Origin: a virus
IMG/VR virus record: IMGVR_UViG_3300010430_000025
Span: 9,394-73,393 of that record
Reading direction: 5' to 3' (one strand)
Length of the DNA: 64,000 nt
A program made the position numbers and the translations under genes. Shown one piece after another: positions 31,786 through 39,534 of this stretch; position 1 is the first letter of the stretch; the number at the start of each line of letters is the position of its first letter. The notes under the pieces were generated by a model, which did no database searches, was not told the DNA's origin, and worked only from the letters and a program-made list of their open reading frames with translations.

Positions 31786-32430
31786 TTATCTATTTATTGT
31801 AAGGTTAGTTTTTTGAAACATATCTTGCTGTAACAGGTGGTTTTCAATTCTATTAACAGCCGCATCAAAATAATCACTATCTAATTCGTAAGCATCTAAG
31901 TCAAAGCCGTAATCTGCACAAGCTATTCCTATTGAAAGGCTTCCGAAATGTGTATCTAATATCTTATCGCCCTCTTTAGCGTAGTTTTTTAAAAGCCATT
32001 TGTATAAGGCAACGGGCTTTTGAGTTGGGTGGATTTTGTTTTTTGAACTATTAGGGCTGTATAAAAACCCTTTTGGTACGGTATCAAAAGAAGTCCACGC
32101 AAATTCGTACATTGAAAAACTTACATTTTCAGAAAAAAGTTTGTCCCAAACAAGCAAACACTTTGTAGGTGGTAAATTAAAATAGTTTCCTCCCCAAATA
32201 ATTTGATTTTTAGAAACCCTAAATAGTTCTGTAAAAAATTCAGGTGTTGGAGGTTTGCTATCCCAATTAACTTTTTTGTGTCCGCTATGCGCATCGCCTT
32301 TTCTCCTGCCTATATTGTGATTAATGTTTATCCCATATGGCGGGTCAACAATAGCCAAATCAAAGGCATTATCGGGCATTTTTGCCATAGCCTCCATACA
32401 GTCGCCCAAGTGTAGGTTTATGTTATTCAT
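31786..32430 (-). CDS. DNA adenine/N4-cytosine methyltransferase (beta class)
   Basis: GDC, DPPY, HPTQKP, ILDTHFGS. Confidence 0.9.
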   Translation of the reverse strand: MNNINLHLGDCMEAMAKMPDNAFDLAIVDPPYGININHNIGRRKGDAHSGHKKVNWDSKPPTPEFFTELFRVSKNQIIWGGNYFNLPPTKCLLVWDKLFSENVSFSMYEFAWTSFDTVPKGFLYSPNSSKNKIHPTQKPVALYKWLLKNYAKEGDKILDTHFGSLSIGIACADYGFDLDAYELDSDYFDAAVNRIENHLLQQDMFQKTNLTINR

Positions 32431-32681
32431 TATATTATCTTTTTCTTTTTTAAGAACTCCATACTAAAAAAAGCAGTAGTAGCACCTGATGCAGCACCAA
32501 AGGCATAAACGATTTTATCGTATTCTGTACCTATGCTTATTTCTTTTACATTGCCAGCCCAAAGCCAACTAATAATAAATCCCGATATAAATATTATCAA
32601 AACTTTTTTATTAGCAAAAGCCCATGTGCTTACACCTACAAAAAATACTTGTAAGAAGCCTGTTAGGAAGAGTAATGTCAT
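32430..32681 (-). CDS. small membrane protein
   Basis: three hydrophobic segments. Confidence 0.7.
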   Translation of the reverse strand: MTLLFLTGFLQVFFVGVSTWAFANKKVLIIFISGFIISWLWAGNVKEISIGTEYDKIVYAFGAASGATTAFFSMEFLKKKKII

Positions 32682-32685
32682 AATA

Positions 32686-33099
32686 TTACTCCTCGTAGTG
32701 TTTAGTTTGGTTTAAAATATCAGTAATTGTTTTGTTGTCTAAAAACACGTACTCAATATCTTGGTCTGCATTGCCACTATCTATAGTTAATAGACGGCTT
32801 CTCAACTCTATTATATCCTTTTGCATTTGCTCTGTCTGTGTGTTCAATTTAGAAATAACAGTATTTTGGTTGTGTATTATTCCATCAACTCCTAATTGAG
32901 TTGTGTTGTTTAAAACAGCTTCTGCGTAGCGTTCTGATATTTCATTGTAGATTTTATCTCTATCTAATAAAAATTCTACCATAGCTTTTTTAGATGTTAT
33001 TCTACATCTTGAATCGTTTTTTTGAGCATCTTCCCAACTGTCAAATCCCCATTCAGTAGCAATGTCGTCCTTAATTTTTTCTAATAATTCTTTACTCAT
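32686..33099 (-). CDS. hypothetical protein, paralog of 49761-50084
   Basis: shared MSKE.L..IK, QMQKDI.ELR, TKHYE. Confidence 0.7.
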   Translation of the reverse strand: MSKELLEKIKDDIATEWGFDSWEDAQKNDSRCRITSKKAMVEFLLDRDKIYNEISERYAEAVLNNTTQLGVDGIIHNQNTVISKLNTQTEQMQKDIIELRSRLLTIDSGNADQDIEYVFLDNKTITDILNQTKHYEE

Positions 33100-33112
33100 A
33101 ATATTATTGTTG

Positions 33113-33472
33113 TTATTGTAATTCTTCTACTTCTTTTTTAAGTTCTTTAATCTCGTCTTCTAAATGAGCTATATCGTTTTCAAGGTTTGATATAGTGTCT
33201 TGCGCTTCTCTTAATTGTTCATAGGTTTCATTGCCAAAATCTCTTAGGCTAACATTTGCGTCTCGCAACTTTTCTAAGGTCATTCGCTTTGCATATCTGT
33301 TTTCAGTTGTTATATGTAAAAGCTCTTTAATAACAAGCTCTAAAAAGTAGTTTTCGCCACCCAAATCATCTTTAATAACTGAGTTAATTTCTTCTACCTG
33401 TTTTTCTATAACTTCTATTATAGAATCTATGTCTCCGCAGGTGTGTGGTACTCCTGTGTAATCCTTACTCAT
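33113..33472 (-). CDS. coiled-coil hypothetical protein
   Basis: PHTC.DID, LE.LR.AN.SLR. Confidence 0.7.
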   Translation of the reverse strand: MSKDYTGVPHTCGDIDSIIEVIEKQVEEINSVIKDDLGGENYFLELVIKELLHITTENRYAKRMTLEKLRDANVSLRDFGNETYEQLREAQDTISNLENDIAHLEDEIKELKKEVEELQ

Positions 33473-33475
33473 AGC

Positions 33476-33901
33476 TTAATCTATTTGTTTAATTATTTTA
33501 CTAACGATTTTTGCTTCTTTACCGTTTTTATGGTTAGAACTCCAAGTATATGCTTTCCCCAAAGCAGCATCTTTATCATAAGCATGTCCACTCCATACCC
33601 ATAAAGAAAAAATGTCTTCATAAGTGTTTTGTAGAAAACCATGATTAACTTTTCTACACCTCATTAAAAGAGAAACTACAAAATAAGGTTCGCTTACTCC
33701 TTTTTTATTACAGTAGTAGTTGTTTAGCGTACAAATCTTCTCGAAAGAGGGGTTTTTAGTTCTACCTCTTTCTATATCCCCAATTTGTTTTTCTGTTAAG
33801 CCAGTAGCTTCTGAAACGTCTTTTAGAGACAGATTAAGGTCGTTCCTGTAGTTTTGTAAGTCCTTAGCGGATAAGTGCTGTATTGTTTTTAGTTTATTCA
33901 T
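33476..33901 (-). CDS. XRE-family HTH protein with C-terminal extension
   Basis: LSLKDVSEATGL..IGDIERG.TKNPSF. Confidence 0.8.
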   Translation of the reverse strand: MNKLKTIQHLSAKDLQNYRNDLNLSLKDVSEATGLTEKQIGDIERGRTKNPSFEKICTLNNYYCNKKGVSEPYFVVSLLMRCRKVNHGFLQNTYEDIFSLWVWSGHAYDKDAALGKAYTWSSNHKNGKEAKIVSKIIKQID

Positions 33902-34377
33902 AATATTGGTTTATATGGATTAGTTGGTAATGTAGTAGCATCTATAGCTTGGTTGGTGGAGATGAGGTTGAATAGGTCGAAATGTTGACTTAATAAATGA
34001 ATCATTATTTTAGGTGCAAAAACATCTAAATATAGAGTGCGGTCTTTGCCATTATAATAATCATAATTTACAACTAGGTCATATTTTGGATTGTCTCTAG
34101 GTCCGTACTTCTGTTTCCATAAACGTACATTACTAACTAAACCAGAAATTCCTCTAGTTAGTTTTATAAACTCTATCAACTCCTCATCTGTTATAGATGA
34201 TAAGGGGCGAAGAATAGGCTTAACACCTTTAAAATTTTTTCGACTGTATTGTAAAAACCATGTAGGATTAAGTGTTCTTATGTAAATCAAAGGTTTGCTT
34301 GTGTCCGTGCTTATACTTTCAACTTGAACCTTACAGCCCATATACAAATGCCAGTCTTTAAATTGTGTTTCTTTCAT
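33898..34377 (-). CDS. hypothetical protein (PILRPLS family)
   Basis: KPILRPLS, HFDLFNLI. Confidence 0.7.
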   Translation of the reverse strand: MKETQFKDWHLYMGCKVQVESISTDTSKPLIYIRTLNPTWFLQYSRKNFKGVKPILRPLSSITDEELIEFIKLTRGISGLVSNVRLWKQKYGPRDNPKYDLVVNYDYYNGKDRTLYLDVFAPKIMIHLLSQHFDLFNLISTNQAIDATTLPTNPYKPIL

Positions 34378-34501
34378 GGTTTTTATTGTTTTATTGTTTT
34401 CTATAATCTGTTGTTTCGTTCTTTTTCATTATGGTTTTTACATTTCTTCCCCTTTATCCTGACCTTACTAATTAATACACTCTAAGTATAAGAGAAATAT
34501 T

Positions 34502-34745
34502 AAAAAAGGGTCTCGGAACACTGTTTACCCAAGCATTGACACTTCCTTCCTGTGCCTCTCGTGAGGTTTTTAGGTCATATATAACACACGTTATTGTTTT
34601 TTGTCAGGACTTGCTCGAAGGGGTCAAACGAAGCAAGATTTTATACGTGCCCTTAGTTATATAAGGTCAATGTGAGTGGCTATTTTTATCATCCCTAACT
34701 ATTCCAATAGGGCATTGAGGCGGTACAGCCCATATAGAACCGCCA
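34502..34745 (-). ncRNA. candidate structured ncRNA, unknown family
   Basis: GC-enriched segment with no ORF in the track; nested helices CATTGAC/GTCAATG, TATATAAC/GTTATATA, GCACGT/ACGTGT, CTTGCT/AGCAAG. Confidence 0.5.
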
Positions 34746-34758
34746 TTATGCTGTTAAA

Positions 34759-34792
34759 CAAAAAACCCTCTCTAACCGAAGTTAGAAAGGGT
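34759..34792 (-). terminator. intrinsic terminator with cUUCGg tetraloop
   Basis: ACCCTTTCTAAC-TTCG-GTTAGAGAGGGT-TTTTT. Confidence 0.85.
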
Positions 34793-34830
34793 AACTAAAC
34801 TATATTATGAAATACTAAGAAAGGGAACTT

Positions 34831-34966
34831 AAAAAAAGAAGCGCCCTCACTATGTATACCAAAACAAAGAGCAGAAGGCGCTATATAATTTCGAAGATTT
34901 ACTTCAAAGATAATACATGTTGTGCGAAATATTCTCATTTCTCTTTGTTTTGGTATAGCAAAGATA
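34831..34966 (-). promoter_or_regulatory. promoter plus terminator/antiterminator leader
   Basis: TATCTTTG at 34959-34966; 17-bp inverted repeat 34941-34957/34855-34871; hairpin AGCGCCTTC/GAGGGCGCT plus T tract. Confidence 0.65.
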
Positions 34967-35003
34967 ACGGTAAATAAATTTAAGATGCAAGAAAAAGTTT
35001 TTG

Positions 35004-35088
35004 TGAGGCTAATTGGATTCGAACCAATTGTGTATCAAAGTACCAGTTTTACAGACTGGCGCAACTCCACCATCGTTGCCGTAACCTC
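35004..35088 (-). tRNA. tRNA-Tyr(GTA)
   Basis: cloverleaf, CCAGT-CTGTAAA-ACTGG, long variable arm, TTCGAAT, A73, no CCA. Confidence 0.93.
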
Positions 35089-35093
35089 ATTTG

Positions 35094-35178
35094 CGGAGAG
35101 TGAAGGATTCGAACCCTCACCAGTGTTACCTGCACTCCGTTTTCAAGACGGGGGCATTACCGTTAATGCTAACTCTCC
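35094..35178 (-). tRNA. tRNA-Ser(TGA)
   Basis: GGAGAGT acceptor, CCGT-CTTGAAA-ACGG, long variable arm, G73. Confidence 0.93.
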
Positions 35179-35182
35179 GTTG

Positions 35183-35269
35183 CGGAAGAAAAGAGAATTG
35201 AACTCTTGCCGCTTTTACACGGACTACTTTAGCAGAGTAGCGCAACAAACCAACATTTGCCTTCCTTCC
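35183..35269 (-). tRNA. tRNA-Ser(GCT)
   Basis: CTACT-CTGCTAA-AGTAG, long variable arm, G73. Confidence 0.9.
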
Positions 35270-35273
35270 ATTG

Positions 35274-35346
35274 TACTCGGAGCGGGATTCGAACCCGCAG
35301 CATACAGATTTTAAGTCTGTCGTGTTTACCTTTTCACCACCCGAGC
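35274..35346 (-). tRNA. tRNA-Leu(TAA), short variable loop
   Basis: ACAGA-CTTAAAA-TCTGT, 5-nt variable loop, GCGGG-TTCGAAT-CCCGC, A73. Confidence 0.92.
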
Positions 35347-35351
35347 AATTG

Positions 35352-35426
35352 TACCTTGTATAGGATTCGAACCTATAAAATTTTTGTTCCTAAGACAAAC
35401 GCGTATACCAATTCCGCCAACAAGGC
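35352..35426 (-). tRNA. tRNA-Leu(TAG), short variable loop
   Basis: GGCGGAATTGGTATACGCG D arm, TTTGT-CTTAGGA-ACAAA, 6-nt variable loop, A73. Confidence 0.92.
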
Positions 35427-35428
35427 AT

Positions 35429-35460
35429 AAAAAAAGCCCCAAGATTTCTCAAGGGGCTTT
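35429..35460 (-). terminator. attenuator terminator (3:4) directly upstream of tRNA operon
   Basis: AAAGCCCC-TTGAGAAATCTT-GGGGC-TTTTTTT, 2 nt before first tRNA. Confidence 0.88.
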
Positions 35461-35480
35461 GTATAAATATTATAATTTAC

Positions 35481-35549
35481 TCAATATAGTCCCTTAGCGT
35501 GCCGTAACGACAAACTTAAATAAAGACTATATAGAGTTGTTATCTTCAT
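35481..35549 (-). CDS. attenuator leader peptide MKITTLYSLYLSLSLRHAKGLY
   Basis: ATG 5 nt after TATCTTTG; ten consecutive Leu/Tyr/Ser codons matching the downstream tRNAs. Confidence 0.85.
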   Translation of the reverse strand: MKITTLYSLYLSLSLRHAKGLY

Positions 35550-35554
35550 GGCAA

Positions 35555-35627
35555 CAAAGATAAAACAAGAATTTATAAAAGCAAGTGAAAAATAAATTTT
35601 GTTTTTAGTTTTTTATTCATACCTTTG
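35555..35627. promoter_or_regulatory. divergent Bacteroidota sigma-A promoters
   Basis: minus TTG-N19-TATCTTTG (35555-35584); plus TTTG-N18-TACCTTTG (35598-35627). Confidence 0.8.
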
Positions 35628-35649
35628 AAGTGTTTAAAATTAAAACATT

Positions 35650-35910
35650 ATGAATATAAATATAGATTTGGATGAGTTTAGCGATGAAGAAGTGGTGAAA
35701 TACGTTATTAATAGGTATGAAAACAAAAGCCATTTTCCTCTTAATGAAGAGTTAAAACAGAAACTTGTAGAATCGGTTTCTGGAGTACAGCCCATTTCTG
35801 TATTATTTAATATTGAGTGTCAAAGCGTAGAGGGGCAAATAAAAATAGAACTACTACAAACAGCATTTGAAAAGTATAGTTTAGTTGAACTTGAAAATAA
35901 ATTAAAATAA
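35650..35910 (+). CDS. hypothetical protein
   Basis: first gene after plus promoter. Confidence 0.7.
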   Translation: MNINIDLDEFSDEEVVKYVINRYENKSHFPLNEELKQKLVESVSGVQPISVLFNIECQSVEGQIKIELLQTAFEKYSLVELENKLK

Positions 35911-35911
35911 T

Positions 35912-36106
35912 ATGATTTTAGATACAGAAAAACTAAAAACGGTATCGAACTACGCTCACGACAACAGAATATCTATGCGATGGGTGTATGATTGTTTAAA
36001 CAACGACAAACACCCTTTAGAAGGCGTTTATATAGACGGTGTAAGGTTTGTGGTGGTTGATGATTCTATAAAAATGAAACCTAACAGCAAACAAAAAACA
36101 AACTAA
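35912..36106 (+). CDS. small HTH (excisionase-like) protein
   Basis: TVSNYA..IS..WVY..IDGVRFV. Confidence 0.6.
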   Translation: MILDTEKLKTVSNYAHDNRISMRWVYDCLNNDKHPLEGVYIDGVRFVVVDDSIKMKPNSKQKTN

Positions 36107-36110
36107 TATT

Positions 36111-36491
36111 ATGGGAATGTTTGATACATTATATATTGATACAGATAAGTTGCCCCTTTCTGATAAAGAAAAAAAGCTACTTGGTAAAAATCCCGACTTT
36201 CAAACAAAGGATTGGGACTGTGTAATGACAGAAATATTTATTACCGAGAACGGAGACTTAGAGGTGAATGAGTGGGAATATGAGGTTGTGCCAGAAAAAG
36301 ATAGACCACACCCTAACGATAAAGGAATACTTGGGATTATAGGTTCTTTAAAAAGGGTAGGAGAAAGGAGAGTTAAGCAAGACTATACGGGCTGTATTAA
36401 TTTTTATACAGGCGGTAAATTAGGGTGGATAGAGTTTAATGCTAATTTTATAGAAGGTAATTTGAAAAGCATAGAAAAGATTAATGATTAA
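36111..36491 (+). CDS. conserved hypothetical protein (MGMFD family)
   Basis: MGMFD..FQTKD..G.INFY. Confidence 0.7.
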   Translation: MGMFDTLYIDTDKLPLSDKEKKLLGKNPDFQTKDWDCVMTEIFITENGDLEVNEWEYEVVPEKDRPHPNDKGILGIIGSLKRVGERRVKQDYTGCINFYTGGKLGWIEFNANFIEGNLKSIEKIND

Positions 36492-36501
36492 AAACTAAAT
36501 T

Positions 36502-36948
36502 ATGTACAAAGAAGATATAATAATCTGCTATTGTGGAGACCCTAAGCATCAAGTGCTATTACAAGTGGTAGAAGACGGAAAGAACCACGAGTTGACATTT
36601 ACCCCGTTACTAAATACTAGTAAAAACCTTTTTCAAAGGATATGGGTATCTTTAAAGTATATATTTAAGGCTAAAGGATTTTATTACCATTGGGACACTC
36701 TTATAGTTTCAGATGAAGCAAGGCAAACACTATTAGCGTATTTAACAGAACACCCAAAATACACTCTTTATGTAGACGAAGAAGATTACAAAAGATATTT
36801 AGGAGATAAGTGGTCGAGTAATGATTTTGACGATTTAGAAAAGCTTAAAATCAAAGCAGCTAAATTGAAGTGTTATGAAGCCGCAGCACACCTTAGAGAG
36901 GCGCAAGAAAAAATTGGTGTAAGCAACTTAATGAGCGAAACAACCTAA
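36502..36948 (+). CDS. hypothetical protein
   Basis: CxC motif, UVR-like YEAAAHLRE tail. Confidence 0.65.
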   Translation: MYKEDIIICYCGDPKHQVLLQVVEDGKNHELTFTPLLNTSKNLFQRIWVSLKYIFKAKGFYYHWDTLIVSDEARQTLLAYLTEHPKYTLYVDEEDYKRYLGDKWSSNDFDDLEKLKIKAAKLKCYEAAAHLREAQEKIGVSNLMSETT

Positions 36949-36959
36949 AAACTAATATT

Positions 36960-37295
36960 ATGATAAAAATAAACGGAATTACAATAGAAGGAAACTTATC
37001 TGGCGGAAGCTTAACTATAAAAAACAATAAGGTTTTTATAAACGGGAAAGACGTTACACCAGAAAGTACCACTATAAATATAGAGGTATCAGGACATTGT
37101 AGTAAAATAGAAGCGGATTGCGTAGAAACCATTTCTGTAAAAGGAGGAGCAGGCTCTATTTCTACAACATCAGGAGATATTAACGTAGAAGGTAATGTAA
37201 CGGGCTCTATTAGCACTATGAGTGGAGACGTGGACTGTTATAACGTAAACGGGAACATACAAACCATGAGCGGAAATATTAAGCATAAAAACTAA
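36960..37295 (+). CDS. beta-solenoid repeat protein (DUF4097-like)
   Basis: repeats of GSISTTSGDI / V.G.I.TMSG. Confidence 0.7.
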   Translation: MIKINGITIEGNLSGGSLTIKNNKVFINGKDVTPESTTINIEVSGHCSKIEADCVETISVKGGAGSISTTSGDINVEGNVTGSISTMSGDVDCYNVNGNIQTMSGNIKHKN

Positions 37296-37299
37296 TATT

Positions 37300-37587
37300 A
37301 TGGAGTACAGAATATTATCAAAACCAAAAAATAGTAAAGACTGGAAACTTTCAACTGCTTATTCAGGACAAAATTGGAAATTGCTATACGAGGGGACAGA
37401 TGCTAATGCAATACTTGAGTTTTTAGATACTCACTCAGCGAAGAACGTATTACAAGTTCAAATTAATAAAGACAAGATTTGGGATTCTTATCAAATAGGC
37501 ACGTTTGACGGAGAGAACTTAGAAATAGTGCAAGTATACGCAAAAGCAAAAAAGTACGACTTGATAAAAGAAACATTAACAAACTAA
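37300..37587 (+). CDS. hypothetical protein
   Basis: ORF with AACTAATATTATG start context. Confidence 0.65.
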   Translation: MEYRILSKPKNSKDWKLSTAYSGQNWKLLYEGTDANAILEFLDTHSAKNVLQVQINKDKIWDSYQIGTFDGENLEIVQVYAKAKKYDLIKETLTN

Positions 37588-37591
37588 TATT

Positions 37592-37828
37592 ATGGAATGG
37601 ATAGATGTAAAAACTAAATTACCAAAAATGCATGAAGAGGTTTTGGTTTGGGTAAAATTTGATGGTGATTCTGAGTTTGATTGGAGCGAGGCTTGGCTTG
37701 ATAACCAAAACACTCAAAAAAGCAAGTTTTCATACAAAGAACCAATAACAAATAAATATTGGCAACTGGGAAGTGCTAAAAACTATGTGATTACACATTG
37801 GATGGGAATAACACCGCCTAAAAACTAA
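37592..37828 (+). CDS. DUF551-family protein
   Basis: MEWIDVK.KLP..ITHWM..PP. Confidence 0.8.
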   Translation: MEWIDVKTKLPKMHEEVLVWVKFDGDSEFDWSEAWLDNQNTQKSKFSYKEPITNKYWQLGSAKNYVITHWMGITPPKN

Positions 37829-37832
37829 CCTA

Positions 37833-38138
37833 ATGGAAAACAAAACTAAAGAGCAGGTCGAACCGCTAATCCACGCACTTGTGCTAAAGGCAAAAATAAA
37901 GGAAGAAATAAAAGCGGCAGAAAAGAAACGGCTTATAATTAATAATAGTGGCGACAAATACAAATGGTTAGAATCATCGGGAATACATTACTATATAAAG
38001 GGTTTAAAAACGGCTCTAAAGTATATAAAAGACTTAGAAGCCATAACAGGCTTAGAGCACACTTATATAGCTGATATTAAAATGCCTGATGCTTATAAAA
38101 AAGCAATAGAAGAATTAAAGGAGCGTCAAAAAAAATAA
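37833..38138 (+). CDS. hypothetical protein
   Basis: ORF in operon. Confidence 0.6.
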   Translation: MENKTKEQVEPLIHALVLKAKIKEEIKAAEKKRLIINNSGDKYKWLESSGIHYYIKGLKTALKYIKDLEAITGLEHTYIADIKMPDAYKKAIEELKERQKK

Positions 38139-38141
38139 AAA

Positions 38142-38327
38142 ATGACAGGATTTTTAAAAAGATTTACAGTGCTTTTTTCGATTTGTAACCTTGTTTTTGG
38201 AATGATATACGTACAAGATGTAAGCGAATCACAAGATACGGTTTATTTTGTTGGCGCATCAATAGCGCCTATACTTTTTTACATAGCTCTTTTACTTAAA
38301 GATATAAAAGACAAAATGAACCAATGA
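38142..38327 (+). CDS. small two-TM membrane protein
   Basis: two hydrophobic helices, overlaps spanin start. Confidence 0.6.
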   Translation: MTGFLKRFTVLFSICNLVFGMIYVQDVSESQDTVYFVGASIAPILFYIALLLKDIKDKMNQ

Positions 38328-38821
38328 AACCAATAATATTAATCTTAGCCATATTCCTAACAGGGTGTTACACAAAAAAGAAGTGTGCACAGTTTTGCCC
38401 TGTGCCGACAAAGCAATCCGATACGGTTATTATTGTAAAAACAGACAGCGTATTTACAACAGACAGCATTACTATTGTAAAACCTGTTAAGAATACCATA
38501 TACATAACCAACCCTTGCGACAGCGCAGGCAAGTTAAAAAAAGGAACTTACAAAACAGGTAGTGGAGAAGCTACTACAGAAGTAAACGTAACAGATACAG
38601 GTATAAATGTAGTTAGCAAGTGTCCTGAGCAAATAAACAGGCTAAGGAAGGAGTATAAAAGCACGGTAGACAGTTTAATACGAATAACCGAAACAACATC
38701 AACAGAGCCAGTATCGGTATGGAGAGAGTTTTACTACAATATGAGGCTTGTAAGCTGGGGGCTGCTGTTGTATGTATTGTTACACATTTTATTTAAGGTA
38801 TTAAAATTTTTTAAAATATAA
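38324..38821 (+). CDS. putative unimolecular spanin (lipoprotein)
   Basis: lipobox FLTG-C, beta-rich middle, C-terminal transmembrane helix. Confidence 0.7.
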   Translation: MKPIILILAIFLTGCYTKKKCAQFCPVPTKQSDTVIIVKTDSVFTTDSITIVKPVKNTIYITNPCDSAGKLKKGTYKTGSGEATTEVNVTDTGINVVSKCPEQINRLRKEYKSTVDSLIRITETTSTEPVSVWREFYYNMRLVSWGLLLYVLLHILFKVLKFFKI

Positions 38822-38825
38822 TATT

Positions 38826-39191
38826 ATGGATATAGTAAAATTTGAATGGGATACGGGGTTACATGAAGATTATAACGGGAAGTCTCTAATAATAGGAGTG
38901 CCCCTACCAAACTCGATTAGTGAAGAGGAATTAGAGAGGTTTGTTCCAGTTTATGGGTTTAGTATTGACATAAAAGATGAAAGCAAAGATTTTAGGCTAA
39001 AGCGGTTAAGCTGTTCCAGAAAATATGTTACAAGCGAAATAGCTAAAATAACTAAAGAAGAGGCTCGAAAACTTTGTATTAAATATATTGATGAGCAATT
39101 AAATATTCTTTATAGCAAAGAAGAAAATATATTAGCAAAAGAATATTTAGACAAAAAAAGCGAAGAAGAAAACGAAGGTGAAAATGATTAA
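38826..39191 (+). CDS. hypothetical protein
   Basis: ORF in operon. Confidence 0.6.
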   Translation: MDIVKFEWDTGLHEDYNGKSLIIGVPLPNSISEEELERFVPVYGFSIDIKDESKDFRLKRLSCSRKYVTSEIAKITKEEARKLCIKYIDEQLNILYSKEENILAKEYLDKKSEEENEGEND

Positions 39192-39225
39192 CCAAACAAC
39201 GCTCTTAAAATTAAACCAATAAACC

Positions 39226-39534
39226 ATGAGCATATTAGAAAACCCAGAGTTTAAAGCCTTTATTAAAGATAGAGCAAAAGCAAAAGAGGATAAAAAAGTT
39301 TTATTTGGTCATGTTGAGGGCTGTATTGACGGTGCAGAAAAAGCTGAAGAAATCCTAACCAAACAGTTTGAGGAGGAGTTAAAAAACTACATATCTCTAA
39401 ATGATATGTTTGCTTTTCAAGAATGGTTAGATAAAAAAGCAAATTCACCTGATGAAATGACTTTTTGTTTTATAGATAAGGAATACCCTGAACTCTACCA
39501 ACTATACTTTAAAGAAAAGGAGAACAAGAAATGA
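39226..39534 (+). CDS. hypothetical protein, paralog of 47504-47806
   Basis: N.EFK, A..ILEK, F.EW, ELY..KEKE shared. Confidence 0.65.
   Translation: MSILENPEFKAFIKDRAKAKEDKKVLFGHVEGCIDGAEKAEEILTKQFEEELKNYISLNDMFAFQEWLDKKANSPDEMTFCFIDKEYPELYQLYFKEKENKK

Noticed and set aside
34855-34957. Invertible promoter or transposon ends from the 17-bp inverted repeat
   Set aside because: No recombinase or transposase in the window, and one arm sits exactly in a terminator loop, so an RNA role is more parsimonious; inversion is not fully excluded.
34922-35314. 130-aa plus-strand ORF
   Set aside because: It is the antisense reading of the tRNA genes.
35460-35549. T-box riboswitch upstream of tRNAs
   Set aside because: Too short, with no stem I or T-box consensus; a translated leader explains the layout.
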